The position numbers were made by a program, and so were the translations under genes. DNA of 64,000 nucleotides, taken from assembly GCF_001194135.2 (NCBI RefSeq), contig NC_068988.1, forward strand, positions 73,884,696 to 73,948,695. The letters are read 5' to 3'. This stretch comes from Octopus bimaculoides (Eukaryota). This document shows positions 1-13,712 of the stretch, piece after piece. Within the stretch, counting starts at the first letter, position 1, and every line of letters begins with the position of its first letter. Under the pieces are notes generated by a model. The model ran no database searches, had not been told where the DNA came from, and worked only from the letters and a program-made list of their open reading frames with translations.

Positions 1-145
1 GGGGGCTAGGAAAAATAGAAAGCGAATTTCAATCTATACACCCATCTCCACATGTGTGCCATTTTTCACGCGAATCCATCCAGCCGTTTGGCCGTGAACC
101 TCAAGACAAGAAAGAAAACAACGCTCGGCCAACTTCAATTTATAT
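1..145 (+). mobile_element. 3' part of a HINE/DINE-1-like (Helentron-associated) non-autonomous element
   Basis: tttcacgcgaatccatccagccgtttggccgtg...tttatattatat resembles the 3' core at 9640-9720. Confidence 0.45.
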
Positions 146-171
146 TATATATATATATATATATATATATT

Positions 172-288
172 ACGGAGATGTGCTTGCATAGCAAGTGACT
201 TGATCTGAGATCGTGGGCTGAAAGAAAAACAATTACAGCGTGGAAGATGTTTATAAGCCATTTAAGAACACACAAAAAGAAATACAAT
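172..288 (+). mobile_element. Terminal fragment of the fold-back MITE family seen at 18951-19290
   Basis: ggagatgtgcttgcatagcaagtgacttgatctgagatcg...ggaagatgtttataagcc matches the reverse complement of 19200-19290. Confidence 0.75.
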
Positions 289-309
289 ATATATATATAT
301 ATGTATATA

Positions 310-457
310 TATATCATCATCGTTTAACGTCCGCTTTCCATGGTAGCATGGGTTGGACGATTTGACTGAGTACTAGTGAACCAGATGGCTGCACCAGGCT
401 CCAATCTGATCAGGCAGTTTCTACAATTGGATGCCCTTCCTCACGCCAACCACTCTG
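310..457 (-). mobile_element. RTE-type 3' tail (SINE or short LINE fragment)
   Basis: Minus strand reads gttggcgtgaggaagggcatcc...ggacgttaaacgatgatgat, the same tail as the RTE LINE at 44030-44180. Confidence 0.75.
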
Positions 458-553
458 TATTGTATATATCACATATATATATATTATATATATCATATAT
501 GTATATATTATATATATCATATATGTACATATATCATATATATACACATATCA

Positions 554-584
<31 letters not shown>

Positions 585-585
<1 letters not shown>

Positions 586-779
586 GTACCCGGTGCAAGC
601 TATGGACACATAAGAGGTGCAGCAACATCAAAGGCAGGTTAACTAGCAAGTTAGTTTTTGTTTGTGGCAGATGTTCAGGTGCAATAAAGACTGTAAACAA
701 ACAGGAAACAACTTCTATCTCATTCCAGGGTGAAAAACTAGAGGTAGTCGATAGCTTCCGCTATCTGGGCGACCAAGTT
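585..779 (+). mobile_element. RTE LINE RT fragment with Cys/His insertion, running into a gap
   Basis: Open frame CTRCKLWTHKRCSNIKGRLTSKLVFVCGRC...EKLEVVDSFRYLGDQV. An (atg)n RTE-type tail emerges at 1315 after the gap. Confidence 0.8.
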
Positions 780-2942
780 NNNNNNNNNNNNNNNNNNNNN
801 NNNNNNNNNNNNNNNNNNNNNNNNNNNNNNNNNNNNNNNNNNNNNNNNNNNNNNNNNNNNNNNNNNNNNNNNNNNNNNNNNNNNNNNNNNNNNNNNNNNN
901 NNNNNNNNNNNNNNNNNNNNNNNNNNNNNNNNNNNNNNNNNNNNNNNNNNNNNNNNNNNNNNNNNNNNNNNNNNNNNNNNNNNNNNNNNNNNNNNNNNNN
1001 NNNNNNNNNNNNNNNNNNNNNNNNNNNNNNNNNNNNNNNNNNNNNNNNNNNNNNNNNNNNNNNNNNNNNNNNNNNNNNNNNNNNNNNNNNNNNNNNNNNN
1101 NNNNNNNNNNNNNNNNNNNNNNNNNNNNNNNNNNNNNNNNNNNNNNNNNNNNNNNNNNNNNNNNNNNNNNNNNNNNNNNNNNNNNNNNNNNNNNNNNNNN
1201 NNNNNNNNNNNNNNNNNNNNNNNNNNNNNNNNNNNNNNNNNNNNNNNNNNNNNNNNNNNNNNNNNNNNNNNNNNNNNNNNNNNNNNNNNNNNNNNNNNNN
1301 NNNNNNNNNNNNNNATGATGATGATGATGATGATATATATTTATTACAAAAAATAATAATGTACTCAGATATCTGGATGGTTGTACATTTACAGATTTTT
1401 ATTAATATGTCACATGTTTTTATAAATTAGCGCTTGCATCTATTCTAGTAGATTCTCCAGATTTAATTTTTCTTGAGAGGATTTGTCTCTTTTTATAGTA
1501 TTATTGAATGTGTAGTGGTGGAGAGAGATATATAGGATAGTAAAAGAGGGTGAGGAATGGGGGTAAAGTGAGAGAGAGTATGTGTATGTGTGTGCCTGTG
1601 TATCTGAAAGGAGTGTCAATGGGAAAGTGAAGGAAAGAAAGAAAGAAGAGTAAAAGAAGAAAGAAAATTATGTTTACAGCTGGTCAGTTCTTTTAATAGA
1701 TGACAAGTTGATTTTTGGCCTTTAAAAATGGCAAAACCAGGTGGCTATTTAAGGGGGGGAGCATTGTTTGGAAGAAAGTTGTTTTTCAAAAAGTTGCCAT
1801 CATTGTCCAGTGAGAGAGAGTGTGTGTGTGTGTGTGGGAATGTGTATCTGAAAGGGGTATCATTGGAAAAGAGAAGGAAAGAAAGAAGGAATTGTGTTTA
1901 CATCTATACAGCTGGTTAGTTCAAAAAAGGAAGGAGACAAATATGAAAACCAAGTTAACCAGGTTCAATTCTAGTCGGCACAAAAATGTCCCACTATCTG
2001 GGTTTCTTGTCCTTTTTAGGCTCTGTTGTTCCAAAGATGAATAACGATTAAGAATAATGAAGTATTGTGATGAATCAATGAGTGAGGTATCTAAATATTG
2101 GTAAGTTCATTTTGTCATAGGCATGGATCAAAAATAAATATAAAATAGCATTTCTGTAGTCATTTACCAATATAAATTGGCAAATGGTGCCATTGTTTTA
2201 GATACTGAAATAACAAGTTCTAAAATAGTTTTGGATTCACTTTTAGGATCAAATCNNNNNNNNNNNNNNNNNNNNNNNNNNNNNNNNNNNNNNNNNNNNN
2301 NNNNNNNNNNNNNNNNNNNNNNNNNNNNNNNNNNNNNNNNNNNNNNNNNNNNNNNNNNNNNNNNNNNNNNNNNNNNNNNNNNNNNNNNNNNNNNNNNNNN
2401 NNNNNNNNNNNNNNNNNNNNNNNNNNNNNNNNNNNNNNNNNNNNNNNNNNNNNNNNNNNNNNNNNNNNNNNNNNNNNNNNNNNNNNNNNNNNNNNNNNNN
2501 NNNNNNNNNNNNNNNNNNNNNNNNNNNNNNNNNNNNNNNNNNNNNNNNNNNNNNNNNNNNNNNNNNNNNNNNNNNNNNNNNNNNNNNNNNNNNNNNNNNN
2601 NNNNNNNNNNNNNNNNNNNNNNNNNNNNNNNNNNNNNNNNNNNNNNNNNNNNNNNNNNNNNNNNNNNNNNNNNNNNNNNNNNNNNNNNNNNNNNNNNNNN
2701 NNNNNNNNNNNNNNNNNNNNNNNNNNNNNNNNNNNNNNNNNNNNNNNNNNNNNNNNNNNNNNNNNNNNNNNNNNNNNNNNNNNNNNNNNNNNNNNNNNNN
2801 NNNNNNNNNNNNNNNNNNNNNNNNNNNNNNNNNNNNNNNNNNNNNNNNNNNNNNNNNNNNNNNNNNNNNNNNNNNNNNNNNNNNNNNNNNNNNNNNNNNN
2901 NNNNNNNNNNNNNNNNNNNNNNNNNNNNNNNNNNNNNNNNNN

Positions 2943-2982
<40 letters not shown>

Positions 2983-3914
2983 TATTACTGTGTGGTGAAT
3001 TTATGGAAAGAAGTCCCATAAAATTAATCAAATTATCTAAAAATGGAGGAGACCAGTTGTTAAAATGTATAAGAAATTTAATTCTTGCAGATGATCGTTT
3101 TGTACAGAGATATAAAAATTATAATGCAAATTCATGATTGAATAAAATTACATTAAATTGATTTAATTAAATATATCAATGTACTCTTCAGTGCAGGAAG
3201 TATAAACGAAAATACAATGAACTTGAGAAAGAAAATAGCAGAAAAATTGGATCTAGGAGATTCATATTTTCATCCTTGTGAGAAAAGGATGTTAGTCATC
3301 TTTGGATGTTTAATTGTAACTAAGGGCTATAATGGTTATTTGAAGATAGAAGCAAAGCAGTATTAAAGACGTTCCCTCTATAGATGAGTATGGAAATTAG
3401 AAATTTTAGCTCCAAATAAGTACTGTAGGGCAAAATATGTATTAGAAATGTCTAATGTAAAGACAATCCTAGGTTTGAATTGAAATATGGCCTGACCTTT
3501 GAAATCGTTAAGTAGTGCAATGTATTTTAAAGAAATTTTCAATACATAAGAATGAAGTTTATCATGAGGAGATGGTATATAAAGAGCTAATACTAGATAG
3601 TTAAACAAATGGTAGGAGAAATAGAGAGGTAAAAAGGGTTAAAGATAGAATATGAAGTATAAAAGAGACTTATGTTTGCATAAAAAATAATATTCATTAG
3701 TATGTATTAAATAGAATGCAGAAAAATAAGTAAAGACAAAAATACAGTTGTTACTATTTCAAATAAAATAGTATATACTTGGTGTGACTATAAAGATGAA
3801 AAAAGTAAGATTGTAATAGGGAATAAAGATAGGAATATGGAAAAGATAAATAAATGTAGGGGAGATAAATGAGCTGGGAAGGAGAAGAGTAAATTAATAA
3901 AAAATAAATTTATT

Positions 3915-4333
3915 TTATAGCAGAACAGCCATGCTTCATGGCAGTGAAACATGGGCCGTGACCGCTGAGGATATGCGTAGGCTTGCAAGGAATGAAGCCA
4001 GTATGCTCCGATGGATGTGTAATGTCAGTGTGCATACTAGACAGAGTATCAGTACCTTGAGAGAAAAGTTGAACTTACAAAGCATCAGTTGTGGTGTGCA
4101 AGAGAGACGACTGCGCTGGTATGGTCATGTAGCGAGAATGGATGAGGATAGCTGTGTGAAAAAGTGCCACACCTTAGCAGTTGAGGGAACCTGTGGAAGA
4201 GGTAGGCCCCGGAAGACCTGGGATGAGGTGGTGAGGCACGACCTTCGAACATTGGGCCTCACCGAGGCGATGACTTCTGACCGAGACCTTTGGAAATATA
4301 CTGTGCGCGAGAAGACCCGGCAAGCCAAGTGAG
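3915..4333 (+). mobile_element. 5'-truncated RTE LINE, RT C-terminus
   Basis: ORF 3931-4332 LHGSETWAV...LRWMC...ERRLRWYGHVARM...GRGRPRKTW is typical of RTE ORF ends. Confidence 0.9.
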
Positions 4334-6289
4334 NNNNNNNNNNNNNNNNNNNNNNNNNNNNNNNNNNNNNNNNNNNNNNNNNNNNNNNNNNNNNNNNNNN
4401 NNNNNNNNNNNNNNNNNNNNNNNNNNNNNNNNNNNNNNNNNNNNNNNNNNNNNNNNNNNNNNNNNNNNNNNNNNNNNNNNNNNNNNNNNNNNNNNNNNNN
4501 NNNNNNNNNNNNNNNNNNNNNNNNNNNNNNNNNNNNNNNNNNNNNNNNNNNNNNNNNNNNNNNNNNNNNNNNNNNNNNNNNNNNNNNNNNNNNNNNNNNN
4601 NNNNNNNNNNNNNNNNNNNNNNNNNNNNNNNNNNNNNNNNNNNNNNNNNNNNNNNNNNNNNNNNNNNNNNNNNNNNNNNNNNNNNNNNNNNNNNNNNNNN
4701 NNNNNNNNNNNNNNNNNNNNNNNNNNNNNNNNNNNNNNNNNNNNNNNNNNNNNNNNNNNNNNNNNNNNNNNNNNNNNNNNNNNNNNNNNNNNNNNNNNNN
4801 NNNNNNNNNNNNNNNNNNNNNNNNNNNNNNNNNNNNNNNNNNNNNNNNNNNNNNNNNNNNNNNNNNNNNNNNNNNNNNNNNNNNNNNNNNNNNNNNNNNN
4901 NNNNNNNNNNNNNNNNNNNNNNNNNNNNNNNNNNNNNNNNNNNNNNNNNNNNNNNNNNNNNNNNNNNNNNNNNNNNNNNNNNNNNNNNNNNNNNNNNNNN
5001 NNNNNNNNNNNNNNNNNNNNNNNNNNNNNNNNNNNNNNNNNNNNNNNNNNNNNNNNNNNNNNNNNNNNNNNNNNNNNNNNNNNNNNNNNNNNNNNNNNNN
5101 NNNNNNNNNNNNNNNNNNNNNNNNNNNNNNNNNNNNNNNNNNNNNNNNNNNNNNNNNNNNNNNNNNNNNNNNNNNNNNNNNNNNNNNNNNNNNNNNNNNN
5201 NNNNNNNNNNNNNNNNNNNNNNNNNNNNNNNNNNNNNNNNNNNNNNNNNNNNNNNNNNNNNNNNNNNNNNNNNNNNNNNNNNNNNNNNNGTACAATTAAA
5301 GTATACATATCAAAGAAAACACAGTACAAATATACACATACCAGAGCAAAGAGAGAAGAGGTACACACATATAAATATAAATACACATACATTATAAGTA
5401 CTATATATATGTATGTGAAACATACATATATATGCAGATACACGCGTTCATATTAATATACATGTTAGTACTTACATATTTATAAGAAAACAAACACAAA
5501 TCAATAGATATAATATAGATAACATATAAGATCCATACCTGGATATGCACACATGGGTGTAGATATGTAGGACACCAAGAAGTACTATATGTGCATACAT
5601 GTGTGCATATATCAGCAGAAAAATATATGTAATTATAAGGTACAGCGATAAGTAATATAAACTAGTAACAGTTAGAATGGGTATGATGATAGGCAGGGGA
5701 ATGCAAAAGAAAAAAGGTGGGGAGTACATGGACACAATTCTGCAAATAAAATACCAAAAATTTTAGGTATATTACATACTAAGGAAAGATATAATTTCTT
5801 TTATCCAAACATGGAGAGAAAAAAAGAGGAGTAGGGAGAGATAGATAAAATGATAGCCCTATATATGGAGGGTCATGCAATTGTTAGAAGGAACTGTAAA
5901 ATAAAAAATGTACAAAGATAGTATAAGATATAGTGATGTAAAGGGGATGTGATGAGTATTTGTATTCCATAGAAAAGGGTAATATATAGATATATATTTT
6001 TTTAAAAAATCAAACTAAGCAAGAGGAGAGTGAAGAATTATTTAAGATTGATGAATAGGAATTTGGTCATGTGTTTACATGAGCAAACCTAGTATTAATT
6101 AAATTTCCATTCATTCTCATTATGTTGCTTTCTCTTTTCTTCTTTTCAAAAAAAAAAAGGTCCTGTTCTCCATTTCTTTTATACATGACTTCACGATCCC
6201 CTGGCTGTGCTGTCTTAAGTTATAACAGGGAAACTGGAAATAAAAAGTTGATTATAAAAAAGAAATATTTGTATATATATACATATATT

Positions 6290-6320
<31 letters not shown>

Positions 6321-6322
6321 CA

Positions 6323-6697
6323 TCGTGGCACTCCGTTGGTTACGACGATGAGGGTTACAGATGATCCAATCAACGGAACAGCCTGCTCGTGAAATTAATA
6401 TGCAAGTGGCTGAGTACTCCACAGACACACGTACCTTTAACATAGTTCTCGGGGAAATTCAGAGTGTGACAAGGCTGGCCCTTTGAAATACAGGTACAAC
6501 AGAAACAGAAAGTAAGAGTGAGAGAAAGTTGTGGTGAAAGAGTACAGCAGGGTTCGCCACCACCACCTCCTGCCAGAGTCTCGTGGAGCTTTAGGTGTTT
6601 TCGCTCAATACACTTACAACGCCTGATCTGGGAATTGAAACCACGATCCTACAACCATGAGTCCGCTGCCTTAACCACAGGGCCATTGTGTCCCCAC
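6323..6697 (-). mobile_element. tRNA-derived SINE, family A (full length)
   Basis: Minus-strand head ggccctgtggttaaggcagcggact...ggtttcaattccc with A/B boxes. Near-identical copies at 30895-31253 and 49362-49535. Confidence 0.85.
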
Positions 6698-6702
6698 TTA
6701 AA

Positions 6703-7000
6703 AAGGAGCACTCCGTCGGTTATGATGATGAGGGTCCCAGATGGGAACAGCCTGCTCGTGAAATTAACGTGAAAGTGGCTGAGCAATCCACAGACACGTG
6801 CACCCCTAATGTAGTTCTCAGAGATTCAGTGTGACGCAGAATGTGACAAGGCTGGCCCTTTGAAATACAGGTGCAATACATTTTTGCCAGCTGAGTGGAC
6901 TGGAGCAAACGTGAAATAAAGTGTCTTGCTCAAGGACACAACGCGTCGCCAGGAATTGAACTCATGACCTCACAATCATGAGTCGAATACTACATGCCTT
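6703..7000 (-). mobile_element. tRNA-derived SINE, family B (V-domain-like body, 3' tail shared with family A)
   Basis: Head gagttcaattcc, then gtgtccttgagcaagacact, then gtatttcaaagggccagccttgtcaca...gagcaggctgttcc shared with 6323-6490. Confidence 0.75.
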
Positions 7001-7080
7001 CACACACATACACACACTAAGCTACGTGCCTTCATGCACACATGCACATGCACGTGCATGCACACACACACACACACATA

Positions 7081-7266
7081 TACTCTTTTACTTGTTTCAG
7101 TCATTTGACTGCGCCCATGCTGGAGCACTACCTTTAGTCAAAGAAATCGACCCCAGGACTTATTCTTTGTAAGCCTAGTACTTATTCTATCGGTCTCTTA
7201 TGCTGAACTGCTAAGTTACGGGGATGTAAACACACCAGCATTGGTTGTCAAGTGATGTTGAGGGAC
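7081..7266 (-). mobile_element. Interspersed SINE-like repeat, family C
   Basis: Reverse-complement match to 54885-55075 (gatagaataagtactaggctt...ggtgctccagcat...gactgaaac). Confidence 0.75.
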
Positions 7267-8883
7267 AAACACAGACACACAAACATATACACACACATCC
7301 ATATATATATAAATATACATATATATATATNNNNNNNNNNNNNNNNNNNNNNNNNNNNNNNNNNNNNNNNNNNNNNNNNNNNNNNNNNNNNNNNNNNNNN
7401 NNNNNNNNNNNNNNNNNNNNNNNNNNNNNNNNNNNNNNNNNNNNNNNNNNNNNNNNNNNNNNNNNNNNNNNNNNNNNNNNNNNNNNNNNNNNNNNNNNNN
7501 NNNNNNNNNNNNNNNNNNNNNNNNNNNNNNNNNNNNNNNNNNNNNNNNNNNNNNNNNNNNNNNNNNNNNNNNNNNNNNNNNNNNNNNNNNNNNNNNNNNN
7601 NNNNNNNNNNNNNNNNNNNNNNNNNNNNNNNNNNNNNNNNNNNNNNNNNNNNNNNNNNNNNNNNNNNNNNNNNNNNNNNNNNNNNNNNNNNNNNNNNNNN
7701 NNNNNNNNNNNNNNNNNNNNNNNNNNNNNNNNNNNNNNNNNNNNNNNNNNNNNNNNNNNNNNNNNNNNNNNNNNNNNNNNNNNNNNNNNNNNNNNNNNNN
7801 NNNNNNNNNNNNNNNNNNNNNNNNNNNNNNNNNNNNNNNNNNNNNNNNNNNNNNNNNNNNNNNNNNNNNNNNNNNNNNNNNNNNNNNNNNNNNNNNNNNN
7901 NNNNNNNNNNNNNNNNNNNNNNNNNNNNNNNNNNNNNNNNNNNNNNNNNNNNNNNNNNNNNNNNNNNNNNNNNNNNNNNNNNNNNNNNNNNNNNNNNNNN
8001 NNNNNNNNNNNNNNNNNNNNNNNNNGATATTTCTGTATTTAGCGCACCAAAATGAAGACTTCTGAATCTTACCATAAATATAATTAACAGAACCGTGTGC
8101 ACGTGCCTCATTCGTGGGGAACAACTAGTATACGATTCTGAGAATTATATTTATTTGGCAGTCCGTACTGATGAGAAACAGATATTTTCGGTAAGAAAGT
8201 ATTAATTTCGAAACTAGTTTGCGGATAACTTTGTATATATTTATGTAATTTTCACTTGTCTTGCCTGTATACATTTTGTTACTTCGCTAAATTTCCTTTG
8301 AGAACAATTCGGTCTTAGTAGACACATTACATGTGATCTTCTAGCACTGGTTCTTGTAGGCGAAGTTCCCGCGTGGTTGTGCCAGATACAATTGTGCAGA
8401 TCCTTTTTGCTAGATTGAATGGGATATTTATTTTGATGTGTTTTGGATGGCATGAACTGAAAAGGAGTATCTCAAATCTTCCCATTATACCAATGCAAAG
8501 ATTCAATCTCAGTACAAGAACACCAAAACAAGGAAAACTTGTTCATACAAGAGTACAGACCACACCTCAATATACAAATTTGACCATTTTAAAAGGAGCC
8601 AGTTGTCCCCCTTGCCACCTGTTGCTTCCCTTGGTTTACTATCTAGACTCATTCTTATTATTAAAACATCCAAAAAGATGAAACCCCTCTGTCACGAGAA
8701 CTGATTATTGTACAATGTCCCTTGAAAAGCTAATTTGAATAGCGAAAACCGGTTGGATTTCACGACATCCATATATGTGTATATTTATAAAAGGATATTA
8801 ACTTATTTGAAACGAAGGCATTTCTCTTCCACTTTTTATATTTTTTTTTCCATATATTTTCAACTCTCTCTCTCTTTCTCTCC

Positions 8884-8917
<34 letters not shown>

Positions 8918-9499
8918 CGCATGCACGCATATATCCATATACGCACGCACATATCTCTGTATATGCACGCATATATCTACATACGCACGCATCCACGCGC
9001 ACATATAAAGTTCCTTGTACATGTCTATAAGCGTACAGGAAAAAAGTTTGGAGGGGAGAAAACAGAAAAATATATGTGGAAAAATACAAAAATATTAACC
9101 CCTATAATTATATAAAAAAACATTAAAATAATTTAAAAAATTATAAAAATATAAAATCCAGGTAAAAAAAAGGTGAAAAGCTTATACATAGACACAATAT
9201 AGGAGCCTATCAGTACAGTCCCATCAGCAGGTCCTATCAGTACAAATATAAAAAAAAATGTAAGTAATAATTATAGAGAGACACAAAAATAGAAAGCAAG
9301 TCCAATCAGTAAACTCAAGGGGACCAAAAACGTAGCAAATATTTGGTCACATGTGGACATGATCCGAAAAGTTCAGTCTTTGAATTTAGACATGTGGTAG
9401 GGTCTAAACTGCCTTTCGAGATGAGCCGTCTTTCCATATCACATAGACCAGGAGTGAAAAAGCCAATAAACGGCGTTTGAACTGTGAGTGTATGTGTGT

Positions 9500-10095
9500 G
9501 CGTGTACAAGAGAACTGTGTGAAACTTTACATATACATGTAAAGTAATGAAAATATGAAAAATAATCTAGAATCCTTGTCCGGTATCAGATCGATCCCAA
9601 AATCTAATCAGTTCGTGCCAGTCACGAGGCCAAACATCCCTGCAAGTTTCATCCGAATCCATCCTGCGGTTCTTGAAATATCTTGTCCACTGATAAACAA
9701 ACACGACTTAATTATATTATAAGGTACATAATCACACGTACAAACATTCACATACTTCCCTTGTACACGCACACACATATACTCACAGAGTTGAAACGTT
9801 ATTTGACTTTTCTTTTTCCGCGTTAAATGTTCACTCACATATACATACATTCATATTTCGCCATCATCCCTTCCTTTCTCATTTATATGTTGTGACGGAG
9901 AAAAGTACGAGAGTATTATTATATCACCAGCCTACTTGTATTACACACACACACACAAATATTCACATACCTCGCTTTTTACATACACACACATATACTC
10001 ACACAGAGTTGAAACGCTTTGTTTTTTTTCACTCTTTCTTTTCTCATTCATACGTTGTGACGGAGAAAGACACAAGAGTCTTATTATAGTAAGAT
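9500..10095 (+). mobile_element. HINE/Pearl-like non-autonomous element(s) with internal duplication
   Basis: aaaatctaatcagttc...aagtttcatccgaatcc...cggttcttgaaatatc core and ttattatagtaagat terminus. The blocks cagagttgaaacg and gttgtgacggagaaa each occur twice. Confidence 0.5.
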
Positions 10096-11597
10096 TATGT
10101 TAGGGACTTTATCATCTGTCACCGGTATATTTATAGTGAGGGACATGTTATCGATGACACCGTTTACTTGGTATGTTTGTAACTAATTAATTTAATTTAA
10201 TTATAATCATATGTAATAATTAACACATTGTAAGGTAAACGTTAACGTTTGTGATTAACATAATTTTGAGTTCAGTTAATTATATCATGTCTGGTAGTTA
10301 TCTCATGTTAAGGTAAACATAAATGTTTGTGGATAACAGGGCAACCTTGATGTTTCTGGGTCGGTGTTCCATAACGTACCAACTTAAGTGTAATTAGCTT
10401 TCTTGGTCCTTCACTGTTTAGTTTGCCTTCAAATCTAAAACACGTATTATTTGGATTACCACTACAACACAGGTTGTTCACTTTTTTATAAACTTTAGTA
10501 AATAATTGTCTTTTATTTGGACTGTTCACCCATATACATAACGAGCATAAAAGTTATCTATTCAATGTTATTGTTACAGACTTCACTTTAATAACTGCAT
10601 AGACTAATTTTTTGAAGTTATTACCCGAGCATCGTAGAAACGAAAACATTTCTTAAAAGAAAAAAATTGTTGGGGCAAAATGAGTTATTTCTGATTTTTC
10701 GTTATTTCCTCCCTACCTGTTTGAAATCATTACATTGCAAAGGCATTCTTTCGATGTTGACATTTTATCTGTCACTCCTTCCCAGCTGTTTTGATGGCGT
10801 GTTCGGTAAAAATCTGTGCAAATATTGCAACGTCTTTAAGAGTAAAGATTGGTTAGTATAGTTGTTGTTGAAGTTAAGTGTTCGAAACATAGGTGACATG
10901 TCCTTTTTTTTTTTTCAAGAAATTTTCCCTCAACTTTGACCCAATTGTAATTGAGGTTGCTAATAAAATATCTGAATAATTTTTGGTTTTTAACAATCAA
11001 TATTCTTTTCTCTACTGGATTCCAAGTAAATTTTTTTCCACACTAATGTCTAATTTGATCATTTTCATGATGTTTAAAATTAGGTAAAATGAGTAATGAC
11101 TAATTTCAATAATTTCTCTTTAACTGCATGATCAAGAAGCTATAGAGAATATTTTATGTAGATTTTTTTTTAATTATTCAGTCGAGTTCCTTTAATTTCA
11201 TATCATGTGCCATTGTCCCCTCATCCTCTTCATTTGATCTAGATATTTAAAATTTTTTGTTGCTTTTCTGATCTTTCGGACGTCTAGGGATGGATATAGA
11301 TGTGTATGAGCCTGTTTTCTGGAGAACTGAAATGGCAAATTTACCTTATCTTGGCTTTTTGCTTCAGCAAAATTTGTTTTTTATATGCTCAAAGAGAACG
11401 GCGATAATTTTCTGAATTATGTTCAGATTATGTTATAATGTTTTTTAATGCATTTAGGGAAGGCCATTTGCTTAGCTGATATAGTTTTTGTAAGGTTGTA
11501 GACATTTGTAAAAAATATATTTTGCCTCAACATCAAAAATACAGTAAAAACTCCTCATTGTGCCTCATTTGCTCCCTATTTAAAAGTAATATCTGTA

Positions 11598-13680
11598 CAG
11601 GCATACCTCAACTTAAATTGATAATCGGTTCCAACACATGCGACTTAACTCGAGAAATGAAATAAAAGGAAAAATGCCACAGCTTGGTAAGGTGGATGAT
11701 GGATATTTGGTTAGGTTGTGTGTTTCCATATAAAAACCAACACACTATATAAAGTTTCCAACAAATCACATTAATTTATATAAAGACATTACGGAGATTA
11801 TTTGCCAAGAATATTAAGCTGAATATTAGGAGTGTGTCTGTACCGAGAAAGACAGAATAAGTCTTATCTGATGAGATACTCTCTTAACATGGCTACCAAT
11901 AAACCAACAATGTCTCTAATGAACTCTACTAAGTTTATCTCCTCTCTGGATTGTCTTTCCAGTGCATGCCAAATTATGACCATATTTTGGGTGGGAAAAA
12001 ATCAAAAATAAAAGGAAAATAAATTATACATTTACCTGATTGGTGACATCAGAGTGCTTGATTGGCCAAAAGTGGAGGTTGGAGGAGAAGCATGGATAAT
12101 AGCATTGACATCTAAGTTGAAGGAATTGGTTCGTCATCAGGCATTTGCAACTCAAACCATTGACTTTCAAAGTGCAATAAAAACTTGTCTAGAGTGCCTT
12201 GAATGTTTTTTTTCTTCTTGTCATCCAGGATAACTCTATAAGGAACATAAACACCATGAACAGCCCCCATAATTTTCGCAGAGTGCATATATGCAAAAGC
12301 TTGCTGCATCTTGTGCCTTAGTTCTGGTCCCAGTTGCTGTGTCTCTCATCTTGTTATTACTGTTCATGAAGCTCCATCAACTCTTCTTTTATGAATGGTT
12401 GCATATCAACATCAATTAAGTGTCAAGGTTCTCCTCCTCCAAATCCATGTTCAGTTCTTTTGACAATTCCACCAATTCTTTATTTACTTCAGAAGTGTTA
12501 ATACCCTTAAAATCATTCACAAATTGAGGGCACAGTTTCTTCCAAATGGCATTTCTGTTTCATTCTTCCATGCCTTGCAAGTATCATATGTCTTCCAGAA
12601 ATTATAGAGTGTGGTGCCATCCTCCATTTCTGATGTTGCTACTCCCTGCTTGAGTATACACCTTTGGTAGTAATGCTTGAAATTAAAAATGATGGCTTTG
12701 TTGCAGTAAAGAGGTGGTGTTAGACAGTAGGTGTAAGGCAGTAATATTAAGAAAAATGTCAATGACATTTTGTGGGTGGCTAGGAGCATTGCCTAAAATA
12801 AAAAGGACCTTGAATGAAATTTGCTCTCTTTACAGTAGTTTTTTGACTGCTGGAAGAAAGCGATTGAAAAACCAATCTTCAAACATTATGACTGTCACCC
12901 AAACATTGGTTTTTGACGTCCATATAACATGTTTTGGGATATTCCTAAGTGCTTTTGGATTTGCAGCATGATAAATTTAGAGAGGCATTAACTTACAAGC
13001 AGTTGCTTCTGACATGAGAGTCATGATCTTTAGAGACCTTAAAACTAGGTACAAACTTCTCTTTAGCTATTAAGGACCAGTCTGGTATTCTTTTCTAGAA
13101 AAATTAGTTTCATCTACATTGAAAATTTACTGAGGAATAAAGCCATTGTCTTCAATAATCTTCACTGAAGTTGTATGAAACTTAGCCACTGCTACTGTGT
13201 CCACTGATGCACTTTTGCCTTGGACTGTAACATTCAGAAAAGTGAATTGCCTAAACCATCCTGAAGTGGCCTTCAAATCCTTTGTCATCTCCTCGGGATA
13301 CTTCTTAAGGTCATTGTTCAACAAAGTGCTCTCTCTTGAATTATCATCTGGCATATAAGGATACATTAATGAGTTGCCATTGAAACCACAGGGAAAGAAG
13401 CTGCTCCATTTCGCCAATGATTTTGCCTTGCCTCTTTCATTGGTAATTTTGGTGTTCTTCAACTTTGGAGCAATGTCTTGGATGTAAGTTGAAACCCTTA
13501 CCATATCATGAATAATTGCAGATATCATTGTCTGACATAAGCCATTGGCATGCACTATCAGTACCATCTTTTCATTTTTTTCATAGCATTTGATCATCAC
13601 CAATGTATCCTCCAAAGAAATAGCCACCAGTACTAGGAGCTTTCTTGGAGCAGCATGGTGCATGAAAAAATCCACAAATT
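11598..13680 (-). mobile_element. Decayed pogo/Tigger DNA transposon A
   Basis: TA|CAGGCATACCTC terminus at 11596-11609. Minus-strand CENP-B HTH remnant (ISLEDTLVMIKCYE...ATSGWFRQF) followed by IFNVDET of the DDE_1 domain. Confidence 0.8.
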
Positions 13681-13712
13681 TATATAGTCAACACAAACAC
13701 ATGTTTGTGTTG

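Noticed and set aside
135-642. YIYIY/THTH-rich ORFs here and elsewhere (e.g. 5472, 8735, 25152)
   Set aside because: They are translations of (AT)n/(CA)n microsatellites.
1560-1930. Diverged ~240-bp tandem duplication of purine-rich sequence
   Set aside because: Low-complexity GA/GT-rich content with no functional signal.
8085-8132. Possible Helitron 3' end (gtgtgcacgtgc...caactag|t)
   Set aside because: The hairpin is weak and the 5' part is lost in a gap, so support is insufficient.
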